A DNA stretch of 64,000 nucleotides, from assembly GCA_051362555.1 (NCBI GenBank), contig CM120640.1:64024788-64088787 (forward strand), written 5' to 3'. Shown here in pieces: positions 38,201 to 51,196 of this stretch (within the stretch, counting starts at the first letter, position 1; each line of letters begins with the position of its first letter). The notes under the pieces were generated by a model. The model had not been told where the DNA came from. It saw nothing but the letters and a program-made list of their open reading frames with translations, and made no database searches. Position numbers and translations under genes: made by a program. The stretch is from Lingula anatina (lineage: Eukaryota; Animalia; Brachiopoda).

Positions 38201-41200
38201 AAGGATGCTCTTGTGCTTCTGCAGTGGCCCTGCCCAAAATTTCCGCTGCCAGGTTCTCTGGGTTAAGCTTGAGTGCCTGCATAGCTGCCTTCAAAGAGGA
38301 GTAGATCATCTCCACATCCTCCCTGGCAGACATCTTTGGCTGGGTTTCATCAACAGACATGGTTTCCAGATACTTCATGATCCCCAAAACAGATTCAAAA
38401 TCTGAGAGTACTTCCTTGACTGAAGTACCTAAAAGAAAAAGTCAAATAAATTTATAAAAGTATTGGGTTTTATTAAGTAAAGCAATGAATAAATTAACTG
38501 GTTCAAAAATGTTTTGCTCACATGCAAGATGAAGGGCTGTGTCTTCAACCATGCATACAAAACTCCACATAACCCTAATACTTTTATCTGAATTCCCATT
38601 ATTTTATTATTTTACATTGGTACTTGCAACCAACTGAAATCAGAATCAAATTCTGATTACCTTTGAATTTTGTTAGCAACCACTGAAAATTACAGAGAAT
38701 CTCTTCTTTAATCCTTCCAGACTCATTGGCTGGGATCAGTACTCTCATGTGGAATGGCAGTTTTCGTAGCTTTCGTAAGTTCTTTGCATTGAGGGGGCGT
38801 GGCACTGTTAGCCTTCTAGCATCGGGGATGGTCTTGTCTTGGATGGTGATGGTTTTCTTTACAGTGGCCTCAGCTTTGTACAGTTGCACAAAGTCCTCAT
38901 GAATACTGAAATCATATGCAAAACTTTAGTGTATGTAAGCATATATCTTTAACAGTGCTTATTATGTATTACTGTACATTTTATGGACAGTGAACTGCTT
39001 TGTTATAAATTTTCTTTTTACTCTGTAAGTTATCTAACTGGATTTTTTCATGATGGCACGGAAAGCACAATACAAACATGATACAAAATGTACTTACTTC
39101 AATGTGAAATCCACTGAAGTCTCATCAATTTCGTCCTGTAGAATCCCCGGGTATATAAGACCATACACCTTAGACAAATTTTCCACAAGTAATTGGTGAG
39201 ACCTAAAATAGAAAATGTCAAAAACATATGTACAATTAAAAACTGCCCCTTGGATTGGAGATTATTACAATTTTTAGTAATTAAATATCTAATCGATGAA
39301 AATATCACAACTTGAAGGTACATATGAACTGAGCACTGATGGAGTGTGGATTCCCAGAAACACACATAAACCACTTTTACTAGTTTCTTATACGACTCAA
39401 AAAAAGTTGACATGCCAAGGGATATACCCATTCATTCACTTAATCAGCAGTAAAACAGCTATAAACTGACACTTCTTTAAATTTTGGTTGTTAATTTGAC
39501 CTACTTATCTTACCTGCCCCATTTAAATACAGCACAGCAAGCAAGCAGAAATATATACATGCATTCAAATATACTTTTTCAGGTAATATGAAATGATGTC
39601 TTTCTGTATTTTTTTAAGTTATACTATTTGAAACTATGTGGTGACATTTGGTCGACTTTTATAGTTCAAAAATGAGTTCATATGCATCTTTAAAGATTAT
39701 TGTAACTGACTCATTAAAGTATTTTGAATATGTAAGTTGCCTTATATACACTTGATACTGACCATCCAATGATATCATGTCCATCAGCCTCTCTATAAAT
39801 CAGGTATGCTTCTATGTCATGTAACAGTCTCACCATAAGAACAGAGGGAAAATGCACCACACCTTCCAATGGAGGGGCTGCATACAGTTCATACACCTCC
39901 TGCATGACCTGAAAATTTATATATAAGCATAAATAAATAAATAGTTCTTTACACATTAAGTACTTTGGCACATCAAGCATAGCTTTATATATGAAACATC
40001 TGACTCGAGCCATTGTCACTCTCTTTCTCTCACTTTGAGGTTTAATTGATCTACAGTGTATATCTAATTCTGATATGAATAACATTATATAAACATTTAA
40101 TTCTCAGCAATTTAAAAAGTGAGTTTCATTAGATACAGTGCCACTTACCTCATCATTACATGACAGCAGATCATGCAGCTCTTGCTCTGTCACTCCAAGT
40201 CCTGACAGAGTAATGTATGACACTACATTCTTTATAAGTTGGCTGAAATTCAATAAAGCCAAATACCAGCTATCAGTTTTCTAATTTCTAATAAAAATTT
40301 TATATAATTCTTATTTAAAACACCTTGAAGAAAAACTAATTGATCACAAGTAGCACTGTTCAAGGTTTGGATAATTTGGTCAATAAACTATGAATAATTT
40401 TTCATTGATCTTACTTTCTACTTCATCCACATTGATTGTTACAGTTTTAAATTATTCTGTGTAGCTTTTGAATAAAAAAAAATGGTTTAAAACTTAAAAC
40501 AAAATTTAACTTATTATATACTGCTCATACCTGCCATGTTTGAGTTCTAGGAGCTCCACACCTCCCAGAACAGCACCATCAATATCAGGGGTGACCAGGA
40601 GAAATTCTGGACTAGTGTAGGACTTCCACAGCTTGGCCTTATCCAGCAGAAGTTTGAGCAAGAACAGATTGCGATTTTCCCTGAAAGCTTGCATTATTGC
40701 TTCTTTCTGCTCACTACTAACAGATCTACCTGCCTTTGCCAGGTTTGCATCTAATATTGCCTCTGCCTCTGTATCTGGAACCTCTGGTAAGCCAAGGTAG
40801 CAGGACTCATTGGGGATGAAGCCCTTAAAAAGATCTATGATATTCATGCTCCCGCGCTCAGATATTGTGGAGATAATGACATGAGTGAAAGGTGGCAGAT
40901 CAAGAATCACCCATAATGCCCTCAAAGCTTCTTCAATGGGGGTCAATCTGTCTATTCCATCCAGAATCAGAACCAAATGCCTATCCTGTCCAATCAAATT
41001 CTTGGATGCAACCTGCTTCAGAGTGCTATGGAAGGTTTTCAGCAATTTGAAAAGGGAACTTTGTGATCCTTGAATTTCAATCATATTCTTTAAATTGAAA
41101 ACTGTACAGATTTGTGCTATGAGACTTGTGACAAGTTCCTGGACAGTAGAACTGCCTTGCATGAGGCCAAGGTACCTTGTTATGGTAACACATTTTGGTC

Positions 41201-44200
41201 CAAGCCACTGGCCACAGTTCTTATGGATCATGGAAACCACTGAAGATTTACCCTCTCCTGACAGAGAATGAATTATCAGTGGCAACTTGCTTGTTGAGTC
41301 CATTAACTGTTGGTGTACCTTTTCCAAAAATTCCTCCCTGCCAGAAAAATCAGAACACTTTTGTTTCCATACATGTGCATGATGCAGAACCTCTTCCAGG
41401 ACAGGGGTGTAATATTTCTGAGCTTTCTTCAACACAGTTAAATTTTTGTCAATCAGTTTTGTCACTTCCTCAACAAAGTCTGAGCAAAGCTGGTTTAGGT
41501 ATTTGCTGTGTTCTGGGTTGTGTTGATCTACTCCCATCTCTGTCCACTGCAGTGTGTATAACTTCTGGTTGTCAGTTTGGTAAGATGGTGTCAGTCTTTC
41601 TGACTTCACTTTCACCATTGCTGAATATTTCTCCTGGTTTAGGTAGATCCCATCAAATTTCTCTTCAACATCAAAGTACCTAAAATGAATTGATAAATAA
41701 GCTTGAAACAGTTTGTTTATGCAAATGTTTAAGATAGTGATTAAAAATAATTAATCAAATCTTTACGTCTGACATCAACTGCCTTGATCAGTATGTCATC
41801 AAGGTTCTTTTTCTGTTGTAAGTTGACTACAAATGTATGTGCTTTGTTGGACAGCTGTATTTTTATGTAAAACCACAGTTTTAAACTTCACTGAACATGA
41901 ATAAATTTTGATACATTGAGATTGGGATTTGTTAAAACAATATCAGGTAAAATGCTGTTACCTTGCAGCTGATGACTGCTGCAGTTTCTTGGGCACCCCT
42001 TTGAAGTCTCTCCTGAAGCACAATGTAGAGTTTTCTGGACTGGGAGCCTTCACTATACCATTCACCAGCTCCTTCTCTACCACTGAAAAGGGTATCATTA
42101 GTGATAAAGCAAGACAACTTGAACTCTGTTGATAATTTTTGTAATGTACCAGTATAAAATAGTGTAAAATACCAGGTAATACAGATAACTCTTGTAATAA
42201 TGAATTGAGCCAGGCTTTATTTTGAAAACTGAGCTATATCTGAGCCTTACTGGTAGTAGTAATCTGAAGTGTCTTAATTAGTGTAAACTACTGCACCTAG
42301 AGTGCACCAGACATTACTGAAATACAATTTAGTAATAACACAAGTGAGTAGCTGTTGCTCCTTACCTGACTGGAAGTACCACTGTTCTCTTGCTCTAGTC
42401 ATCTTCTCTGTCTTAACAGCCAGTCTACATGTGTCCTTAAAGAAAGCCTGCAGCTCCTCAAAGTCCTCATCTGATAAACAGCTCTCCTGATCCAGCTCTT
42501 GGTGGCCATTGAAACCAAACTGTTCAAGATAAATTGTAATTGAACAGTGCAATTTTCTTCAATATGTGTAAATACATGTGAAAAAATGTACAAAAGTGAT
42601 TAACAGTGCAATTTTGTTCTGTGTACAAAAACTGTAAAAACATAGCAAGGTGAAAACCATTATTTTCACATATAAATTTGGAGGATACTAATAACATAAA
42701 AATAATGGTCTTCACCTTGATAAATTGTAAACAGTGCTGTAATGTTAAAGCAACACACAGTCAAATGTTCCTACAGACTAAAGCTAATCTTTAAATTTAA
42801 TTGTTATCTACAATTACAAAGTACACAGATACAAACCTTTAAATTGTACTGAGGTGGGACTGCATTGATGTCTTTGATGAAACATTTCTCCAATAAGTCA
42901 GCATTAGGCAGCTGGTTTTCCTTAGCTGCCTGCCTGAGAGCCTCAAAGTCCATCTCTGGGATAGTGTGTGGGAAAGGCACCTCACCATACTTATCGCCAA
43001 GCAGAATCTAATTTTTTTCAAAAAAAAAAAGTAATGATGAAAATAAAACATACAACTTATAAATTACCAACAACTTGATACCTTCAACCTATAAGCAAAA
43101 AAAAAGGAAATAAATAAGAATAACATGGAAAGACAACATAATTTAGTTTTGGCAAGGGAATAAAGGAGCAGGAATGTACTGGGAATCAGTGTGTCCAGTT
43201 AAAATCACTCATTAACTAGTCACTTAACCTGTATATATGCAAGTATGCAGAACATGACAATACAGTAAATTCAAGGGTCTACATACCACAAAGTTTGGCC
43301 CCACAGACACCTTCTGGCACTTCTCCAGCTCACTTAGATGCATAGCCTGGGCATGGTAGTCATCAAAAATCTCCTTAGGCCCTTCCCACCTGGTGTCCAC
43401 CAAGTGAAAGCTGAAGCCACGCTGAATACAATAATCTTGTAGTTGAGGAACTGCCTCTTTGAGGATGATTTCTCTCTCTTGCCACATGTCTGAAATATTG
43501 ATAAATGTTAACATATTAGTGGACAGTATTGCTATGTCTTTTATAGATGGTAAGGTAAATGGAATTTAACTTTACTAAATTTAATCTTCAAATTAAGCTG
43601 TCGCAACTAACTCAAGTAATGTAAATACCAACATGATAAGCAATCCTGAAACCATTATTTAATAATAATAATAATAATAAGATTCTTATATGGCGCCTTA
43701 CATTCTATCTCAAGGCGCCTTACAATAATGGCTAATATACTAAAATCATTAAAATGACTACAATATTTTAATCATAAACTCTCATTGGAAACCATTTAAA
43801 ATTTACACTACTAAAAATCAATCTTATTAAAAAACATATATATATTAAAATAAAATCTAAGAGATATAGACAGAATTAAAAATGTGGGTCTTTAAAAGAG
43901 ATTTAAAATTGTCAAAGTCTTCTGTTTTTCTAATAAAATTATACCACTAACATTCCCTTTATACCACTAACATTCCCTTTACCAAAAGAAAATTATAGTA
44001 TGTGACAATTTATCAGAAAAGTGGCTTTTAAACCCATTCAGACATGTACCTGGAGAGGAACTGAGGTATATTCTGATTTGCTTTGATGGCAGTGGTGGGA
44101 TATTATCCCAATGTCCAGCAAGGACATCTTTCACTTGATCCTCTGTCAAGTTTCTTGCTGCAGCAGAACCAATGCCAGGCAGAGCTAAAAGAGGACAAGG

Positions 44201-44613
44201 CCATTCCATAATATTTACGAACAATTCTTCGTCTAGTTAAAACAAAAGAGGGGATTGCAAATTTGACTATCGGATACATTAACAAGGATTTAGGTCAACA
44301 AAAATATATTCTGCAAAATAATGTCTTAAGAAACCAAAAAGTGCCTTCACTATTTGTGCCAGTTCTAGCATCTTTAAAGCTAAACCCTAATAACTGATTT
44401 AGGCCCTATGATATATTTTACATACTTACCTTTGGTAAAATAAAATTGTTTTGTATATTGACAGAGTAAGATATACGTAAAAAATTGATAATATATAAAC
44501 TCACCTTGACTACTAGATTTGCTTTCATCCTGGAGAATCACATTCTTTTGGAGTGGTTTCAGCTTTCCTCCAGGCAGAAGGGTAGCCTTTCTCCTCTTAC
44601 CTGGGGCAGCTTT
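29226..44613 (-). CDS. NACHT and WD-repeat domain-containing protein (NWD1/NWD2-like STAND NTPase), about 21 exons; start codon not resolved
   Basis: N-terminal DUF4062-like region (IRIYLSSS...DMWQERE...FHLVDTRW...CQKVSVGPNFV; exons ~44184-44050, ~43489-43287). NTPase exon ~41679-40531 with Walker A SLSGEGKSS and Walker B LILDGID. Also ELPFH-like KLPFH...NFQWL (~38906-38661) and WD40 repeats (FSSCNDGTIKRW, LVSGSHDKAVKLWN, ASGSSDQTIMLWN) to the stop at 29226. Most upstream in-frame exon is 44613-44505; a probable 5'UTR exon lies near 46052-46160. Confidence 0.85.
33089..36961. mobile_element. Non-autonomous P-superfamily DNA transposon inserted in an NWD intron
   Basis: Perfect 31-bp TIR CAAGGAGTTATAACAGAAGGAGATTACACGC (33089-33119, 36931-36961) and a perfect 7-bp TSD CATGTAC (33082-33088, 36962-36968). 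CA...TG ends with a 7-8-bp TSD fit P elements. No transposase ORF seen. Confidence 0.85.
43661..43935 (-). mobile_element. 5'-truncated L2/CR1-group LINE 3' end
   Basis: Minus strand encodes FKSLLKTHIF (typical L2 ORF2 C-terminus, ~43878-43907), followed by a 3'UTR with AAGGCGCCTTGAG...AAGGCGCC and a (TTA)n tail at 43661-43680. Confidence 0.65.
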
Positions 44614-46351
44614 CTATAATTTGCAGAAAAACCAATTGTGCAGGATTATAAAATTTTTTCACACTTACTTTTATTATTTGAAATGATCCATCCATTTCGT
44701 TTTTATTTTGTTTTGTTTAAAAAACATGTGTTGTTTATGCTTTTTTTCTTCTTTCCCTCTTATTCTTACTTTAATTCAGAATTATAATACATATAATACT
44801 TACATTAGAAAGCTGTCTTATTGGACCACTGAAGGAAACTGGTCCTAATATCATAAAAGAATAAAAATTTTGCCTTTAAACAAGAGCCATAATGTTTCAT
44901 ATAATAATATCAATATATGATATAAATATAATGTAAATATAACACTGATTTATCATTTACGATTTCAGAAAAATCATGACTAGTTGTAGACCAAAATTTA
45001 ACAAAGAATGTAAATAGTAAAACATAAAACACTGCTTCTTCTAAATTCAACCTTGTTTCAGTTTGTACATAAGATAAATTATACTGAGAATAACACACTT
45101 TAATTTGTATCTTTTGAAAACACAGTAAAAAATCTTACCTAACATTCTCCCTTACTTCTTAAATGACAAAATATGTTTTGCCATAATTCTTTACAGCACA
45201 TTTAATAGAATAAATCCTGTAACAAAATAAATTTCATTATCTTGCTGCTATGGTGACTCTGACATCTAATTAATAAAAGCTGTTTGACAATCTTGGGTTT
45301 TGTTTGATAATCCAATTAGATCCAGATCTCCAAGTGTATAATGTTTATTTAATGAGCCTAAAAGTTAATTAAAAGAATTAAAGATAATGACTAATGCACC
45401 ACAAGTCAACAAGCAAACAGTTTAAGTTTAGCTTGTTGTCCAGATGCTATGATATTCAATAAACAAATGTAGATTGTTTCACAATCAAACCTTGGGCACA
45501 TCACTGACATGTGCATGATGGGTCCAAGCACAAACAAAGAAATCATATATTATGCCAATATATTGTTAAAATAGCTAATCTATCCTTTGACAAAATGTTT
45601 TGTTTGCATTACAATAATACTGTAAAATTTATATTTATCATATATTTGCCTTTATAGGTTTAAAGCACTTTTATCAATAAGGTTGGGTTAATTAAAAGTT
45701 TGAGAAAATATTAAATAGTTGCATCTTGGCGTGAATAAAAAGAACATGATTATGATAATCTTATTGATACTCATTTGAATGCAACATATACAAACATCAT
45801 ACTAAACGTGATACCAAAATCATTTAAATGGCAACTTTAGCAAAGATGAAACGAAATTTTAAACCAAAGCTTAGAGACCTTGAAGTTGATCAGTCAGAAT
45901 TTAGGCTTTAGCACGTCAATCAGATTCGATTAGTTTACAATAAACAAACTGAGATAACACTTAATGTATGATCAAGACTGTACACTTTTTACATAAATTC
46001 GAGTCTGTTTAACAACAAAAAGAAACCATTATTGATAAAAACGAGTGTTTACCTCACTTGCAGGTGCACCGATCCATTTCCAGTTTGCCAGTTGCTAAGT
46101 ACACTTTTGGACCTTCAGTCCAGGAGAGCACTAATATAGTTTACGGTATGTCGTTATTGGTAAATTTCAGATCTCAAAAAATATTAGAACACATTGATAC
46201 TCTAAAGTGTATTTGGCGCATATTCTACATGTTTTGAATCAATCTGAACTAATTCCCTTCTTTGTGAATTACATGTACACAAGATAATGTAGTCCGATTT
46301 CATACAATAACGTTTGATTTACGTTACCGCCATCTTTCAGCACACGCGAAA

Positions 46352-47481
46352 ATGGTAAGGCTACTTGTTTGATTAAATATTTATCTTTTTCGCTTATAAT
46401 TAACGTGACCTATATATATATTGCATGGTTCTTTAAAAATATGTTTTATCTATTTCAGTTACCTCTTTCTCTACTGCGAACTGCTGTGAACCATCCCATG
46501 GTAAGTGTCAGTGTTTCTCTGAAGATGACCTAGTGTTAGCAAGCCTGCAAGGCACAAGTTATGGTTGTTATTATGATCATTATTTTTCATTATTTAGTTA
46601 GAATTGATATGAATAAGTACAGTACTCTGTATTTTTCAATGAAAAATGCACTTTATATTGAAAGCTGCCCTATGTTCTGGGCTTTACGGTATCTATTTAA
46701 CTTGACTGTTATCAGACACTTAGTACATTTACAGTACTCCTGTAGTGAACATAATATAGCCAACCGCACTTGTCTCACCACACAGTGCAGTAAAAAAACA
46801 AAAGATTTGTCAAAAGATGACTAAATGATGGTAGCGCTTAGACTTCCTTCCAGTGAAGGATATTTTACTTCCTGTTCTACTGAATTACTCTTGGCACTGT
46901 GTAAATTTCATTCATACAATAAAGCACATTAAAGAAACAGTGGGTAAGCCATTATATCATAGCCCTGGGCATATAATATTTTATGCTGCATCAGTTTCTG
47001 TCATCTTTTTTTTAGCTGGTGGAGTTAAAAAATGGAGAGACATACAATGGACATTTAGTAAGCTGTGACAACTGGATGAATATTAATCTCAGAGAAGTTA
47101 TCTGCACATCCAGGGTAAGTAGAGTGTCAAGCCAAGTAAGTTAGCTGCTATGCAAATGGTGGTACATGTATTATACTGCAAGAAAGGATTTATGGTTACC
47201 ATATAATTATTATTATGACTTTTTATGAATTGATTTTTTTTTCTTCCTAGGTTCAAAGATGTCATTGAATTCTTTTAGGAATAGTCACAATGTGCAGTCT
47301 CAACTAGCACAATGGGATGCATTGTAACTGTAAGGGCAGTGCCCAACATTATTGTTAACAGCTAGTTTTTGTTAGTGTGGCAGATTAATTAGAGCAAATA
47401 TTGGAACCAAAAAAGGGAAAAGGGGGATGTTGTTATCAAGATGAATATTTCACTTAATTTTCTTTTTTCAATAAATAAATA

Positions 47482-47517
<36 letters not shown>

Positions 47518-50500
47518 CCATGTTCTCTCTCCTGATTAGGATGGTGACAGGTTCTGGAGAATGCCAGAATGTTATATCAGAGGCAGCACAATCAAATACC
47601 TTAGGATACCTGACGAAGTGATAGACATGGTGAAGGAGGAAGTTATCCAAAAGTCGAGCAGAGGTCGTGGTGACATGAAAGGTCGCGGAGGAGGTCAAAG
47701 GGGTAGAGGAGGACCAGGAAGAGGTGAGAATTATTATATATGCACAAATATCCTGTGGACTATTAAGGTGCTTTTTAGTTTTTACTGGCTGAAAGGACTA
47801 TCAGTATTTGGCAAAATAGCCATGAATTTGCTGACAGAATTGCAGATGGGTATATTGTAGTTCTTTCCTCCACCTAAAGAGGGCAGCACATGTTTAGTTT
47901 TGGTACTGCACAGTATTTTGCACTTGACAAACTGTCAGTTATGCTTTAATCCAGTTAGTTAAGTGTAACTAATATACTTGGGGAGATCAGAAATGTTTTG
48001 TAAAGAAATGTATAACTTGTGTATGACTAATGCCAGGAAATGTTTCTCCATGAAAATAAACAAGAAAAAAAAACATGATAAACAAATTACTCATTTCTGC
48101 CAAAGTGAAAATCGACATACCACTTTGTTCTTATGTTTGTAGAAGTCAAAGGTACTTGGCTTGGATGGTTAACAAAGAAGCAGTTACCCTGCTGGTAGCT
48201 GTGAGATATTTCAACAGCTGATGCTTGTAGCTTTAAATAAATATATGAAAATCTATAGTTTCATGTATGGTACAATAATATGTTGTAATACTTAAAATAT
48301 AGTAACATATTTCTCTTGCTTGTATCCTGTTTGTTGTAGACATTTAAGCATTTCTATTTACTGGGTGGGTCACTGTAGCAAATTAAATTAATAAGATTAT
48401 TATCATTTTAGACTAACCTTTTTAAAAACAAATACTGGCAAACTATCAATTTTTTTGTTATAGTATATCACCGGCAACACTATTTACATGAATGTGCTAG
48501 TGAGAAGTTTGATACTGAATCTCTGGTTGTAGTGTGCTGTTAGTTAATATGGCTAATGCCCAGAGATTTTCTGTTGAGCTCTCATTTGGTGCTGGTGATT
48601 TATCGCTATCTGAAGCATATTTTTTCATGGTTTATTGCATGGGCAATGGTGTAAGTCATGCAAAGTATGCAAAAGCTGACATGAGCAATTTTCTGGAACA
48701 TTCTTATCAGGTGCCTCTCTTTTATAGGCACCAGGGAGTTGATGGAGATATATTGTATCCTCCCAATAGTATTTTTCATAAATTTTAGCTTTTCTCTTTG
48801 CACCTCTTTTCTCTCTGTCTTATTGTTCCTTCCTGTACTTCCTCTTTCCTTTTTCTGTCTTCCCTTCCCCAGCTCCCTTCAGCTATTTTTTTCTTCCCTT
48901 ATTTCATACTTCATATTGTAGCTTTCATTAGATAGAACTTTCCAATTAACTGCCAAGCCGAAAAAGTAGATAGTGCAAATTTTCCCATCTGAATGAATTT
49001 TCTATATTTATATCAAAGATGTCACAAAGAATAAGGAACTACAAGTCTTGGCAGTTAATCCTAACTTTTTTCTTTAATGAAAAATTAAATGACTGTAATG
49101 ACTTTGATCTCAATTTTTTTCAAAGAAAGGATGTGAGGGTTTTTAGGTATAGTGTTACATGTGTGTGGAGGGGGTGTCAAGTTAAACAGTGGCTGTTTTA
49201 ATCTTTGTGTTGATATTTGACACTAATGCTTTAGCTGTCTCTGTCAAAAGCACTCAAGACATCTTGCACTTTAGTTATAAAGCAAACATGCTAGTTAAAC
49301 TGCAGTCTTAGGGGTTGGTTTATCTTGTTATGACATTGGTTCTTTGTGTTTACATATTGATTGTAACAAGGTTCTTGCCAAAAAATGTAAACCAATGGTT
49401 GTGGTGGTGTTTGAAACATTGTGCTAAAAGGAAATGCTGTGTTTATTGAATGTTTTCCCCAATTTATACAGCAGTTTGTTGGAAGTTTGTTTCACACTGA
49501 ATAAATTGCTAGAGGGAAATTGCCAACTACTTAGTATCTTATTACATTGAGTCTATGTGTGGTTCTTTCCTTTTTGTTTCTGAATTTCAAGAAGTTAATC
49601 GGTAAAATATATCCTTCCAATTTAGTTTGTTTATTTATGTAGGTGACATTTCAAGGGGAGAATTACATTTGGATTTGAACTAATCTATAAAAGGACAAAA
49701 GAAAATAGTACTGCTAGCCAAAAAAAGTCAAAATAATACATTTCAATTAAACTGTCCAATTTGTGGGACAGAGTATGTTTTCTAAGGATTATTTTTGTAA
49801 ACTTTCCTTCAAACAATCTAAAGATGAAAAAACACAGAATGTGAGCAAGGACCCAAATGTAAATAAACGGGAAGTCCAGAATGGTAAAGGTAAACACTAG
49901 GAGATACCTTCAACTGCAACATACCTACCAGATATTATGTTTTTGTGGGCTTTTTGGTGTGTGTGGTAACCAGTTAACAACATGTAAGCCTGCCTTGAAA
50001 ACACTACCATGTGTGTGAACATTAAATCTAATACACAGCAGGTCAGTAATGCTGTTGAAGGAATGTTGGAAAAGAAAAAAAAGCCTAAATCCAAGCCAGA
50101 AGTCTGTCTTCTGTATTTACATGGCCTGATGCTTGGGCTGTTCCTGATGTTAGTTTTATGTGTTTTCCATTGTTATTAGCTATTAAAGAGTGTTGGAATA
50201 ATAGGTGGTAAGATTTATGACCTCTGTTAGGGCAACCAGAGAACAGGGGCAGTTTTACCATTAATGTGTTCAACAGAGAGGAGCTAGAGCTCTTGAATGT
50301 CAGGAGACCACACAGTTTGCTTATGAATTTCGTTTCTTAGAAAAGTATTGTGCTAAATCCTTTACTTCATTAAACTCTTGTTTAGTAGAAATAGGAAGAA
50401 ATATACTATTTTCATTGTTGATTTATATAAATTATTATATAAACTCAAATCTTAGGTTTTTAAAAATAGATAAACGTACTACAGTAACATTAATGCCAAT

Positions 50501-51196
50501 TATTTCACATGGATGGGAAATTGGTTTTATCATCAGAAAACTAAATCTTTGTTTTATACAGTGGCCAAAACCTGCCAAGTTCTGTTGGATATGTAACCTG
50601 CGATAAGCTTTAATGCACTTCTTGTTTGTTGGACTTAATATCCAAGTTGTAGCCTGGTCTGTTTAAAATTTGTGGTTGGTACTATCAAAAATTTGTGAAA
50701 ATTTGAGGCCAAGGAAAGGACAACTGCATGCAGTTGCACATTGAGAATTGATTTGTATTTTAATAGGTGCTTGATATCTGTGCAGCAAAGGTGATTGTGA
50801 AGATCACCAGTTAATAGTTTTCATGCCACAGACCTATTTGAAAAAATTGGGCTCTCTGCTTGAATTCTGTGCCTAGTTTTCATTTTGGCATCTTACGTCA
50901 AAATGCCCTATGCCTTTCAAACTGAGGCCACTTACAAGTTAGTAATTTACACCTTACCTAAGACTCTTAGGTTGCCATTGAAGGTGACATCAATGTACAA
51001 CATTTTATTTGATTTTTTTTAGTGAAAATTGCCTTCAGCAAGATAGGCAGTCATTCTGTATACTTAAAACATGAATTATTCAATACTGTTTTTATTTACA
51101 GGGGCATTTGGAGGAAGAGGAGGAGGTAGAGGAGGAAGAGGAGGAGGACCAGGAGGACCACCAAAGAATATGGGAAAAGGAAGGGGGACTAAATAA
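46352..51196 (+). CDS. LSM4: U6 snRNA-associated Sm-like protein LSm4
   Basis: Exons 46352-46354 (ATG), 46459-46500 ([14 protein letters not shown]), 47016-47114 ([33 protein letters not shown]), 47540-47723 ([27 protein letters not shown]...RGG), 51102-51196 (RGG tail, stop). Confidence 0.97.
47483..47516 (+). repeat. (AAT)n microsatellite just upstream of the LSM4 exon-4 acceptor
   Basis: Direct reading. Confidence 0.85.
48464..48650 (+). other. Candidate structured poison cassette exon in LSM4 intron 4
   Basis: Branch point GACTAAC 48411-48417, acceptor TTTTTTTGTTATAG ending 48463, donor GGT|GTAAGT at 48651. In-frame TAG at 48541-48543. Extensive self-complementarity. Confidence 0.55.

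Noticed and set aside
41195-41683. 162-aa plus-strand ORF and other antisense ORFs over NWD, EEP and TIKI exons
   Set aside because: These are shadow ORFs opposite real coding exons, with no recognisable motifs.
48405-48625. Structured intronic RNA as telomerase RNA or a C/D snoRNA
   Set aside because: CTAACC at ~48413 is not a full CTAACCCT template and fits a branch point. A CTGA D-box-like motif and terminal stem exist, but there is no canonical RTGATGA C box.
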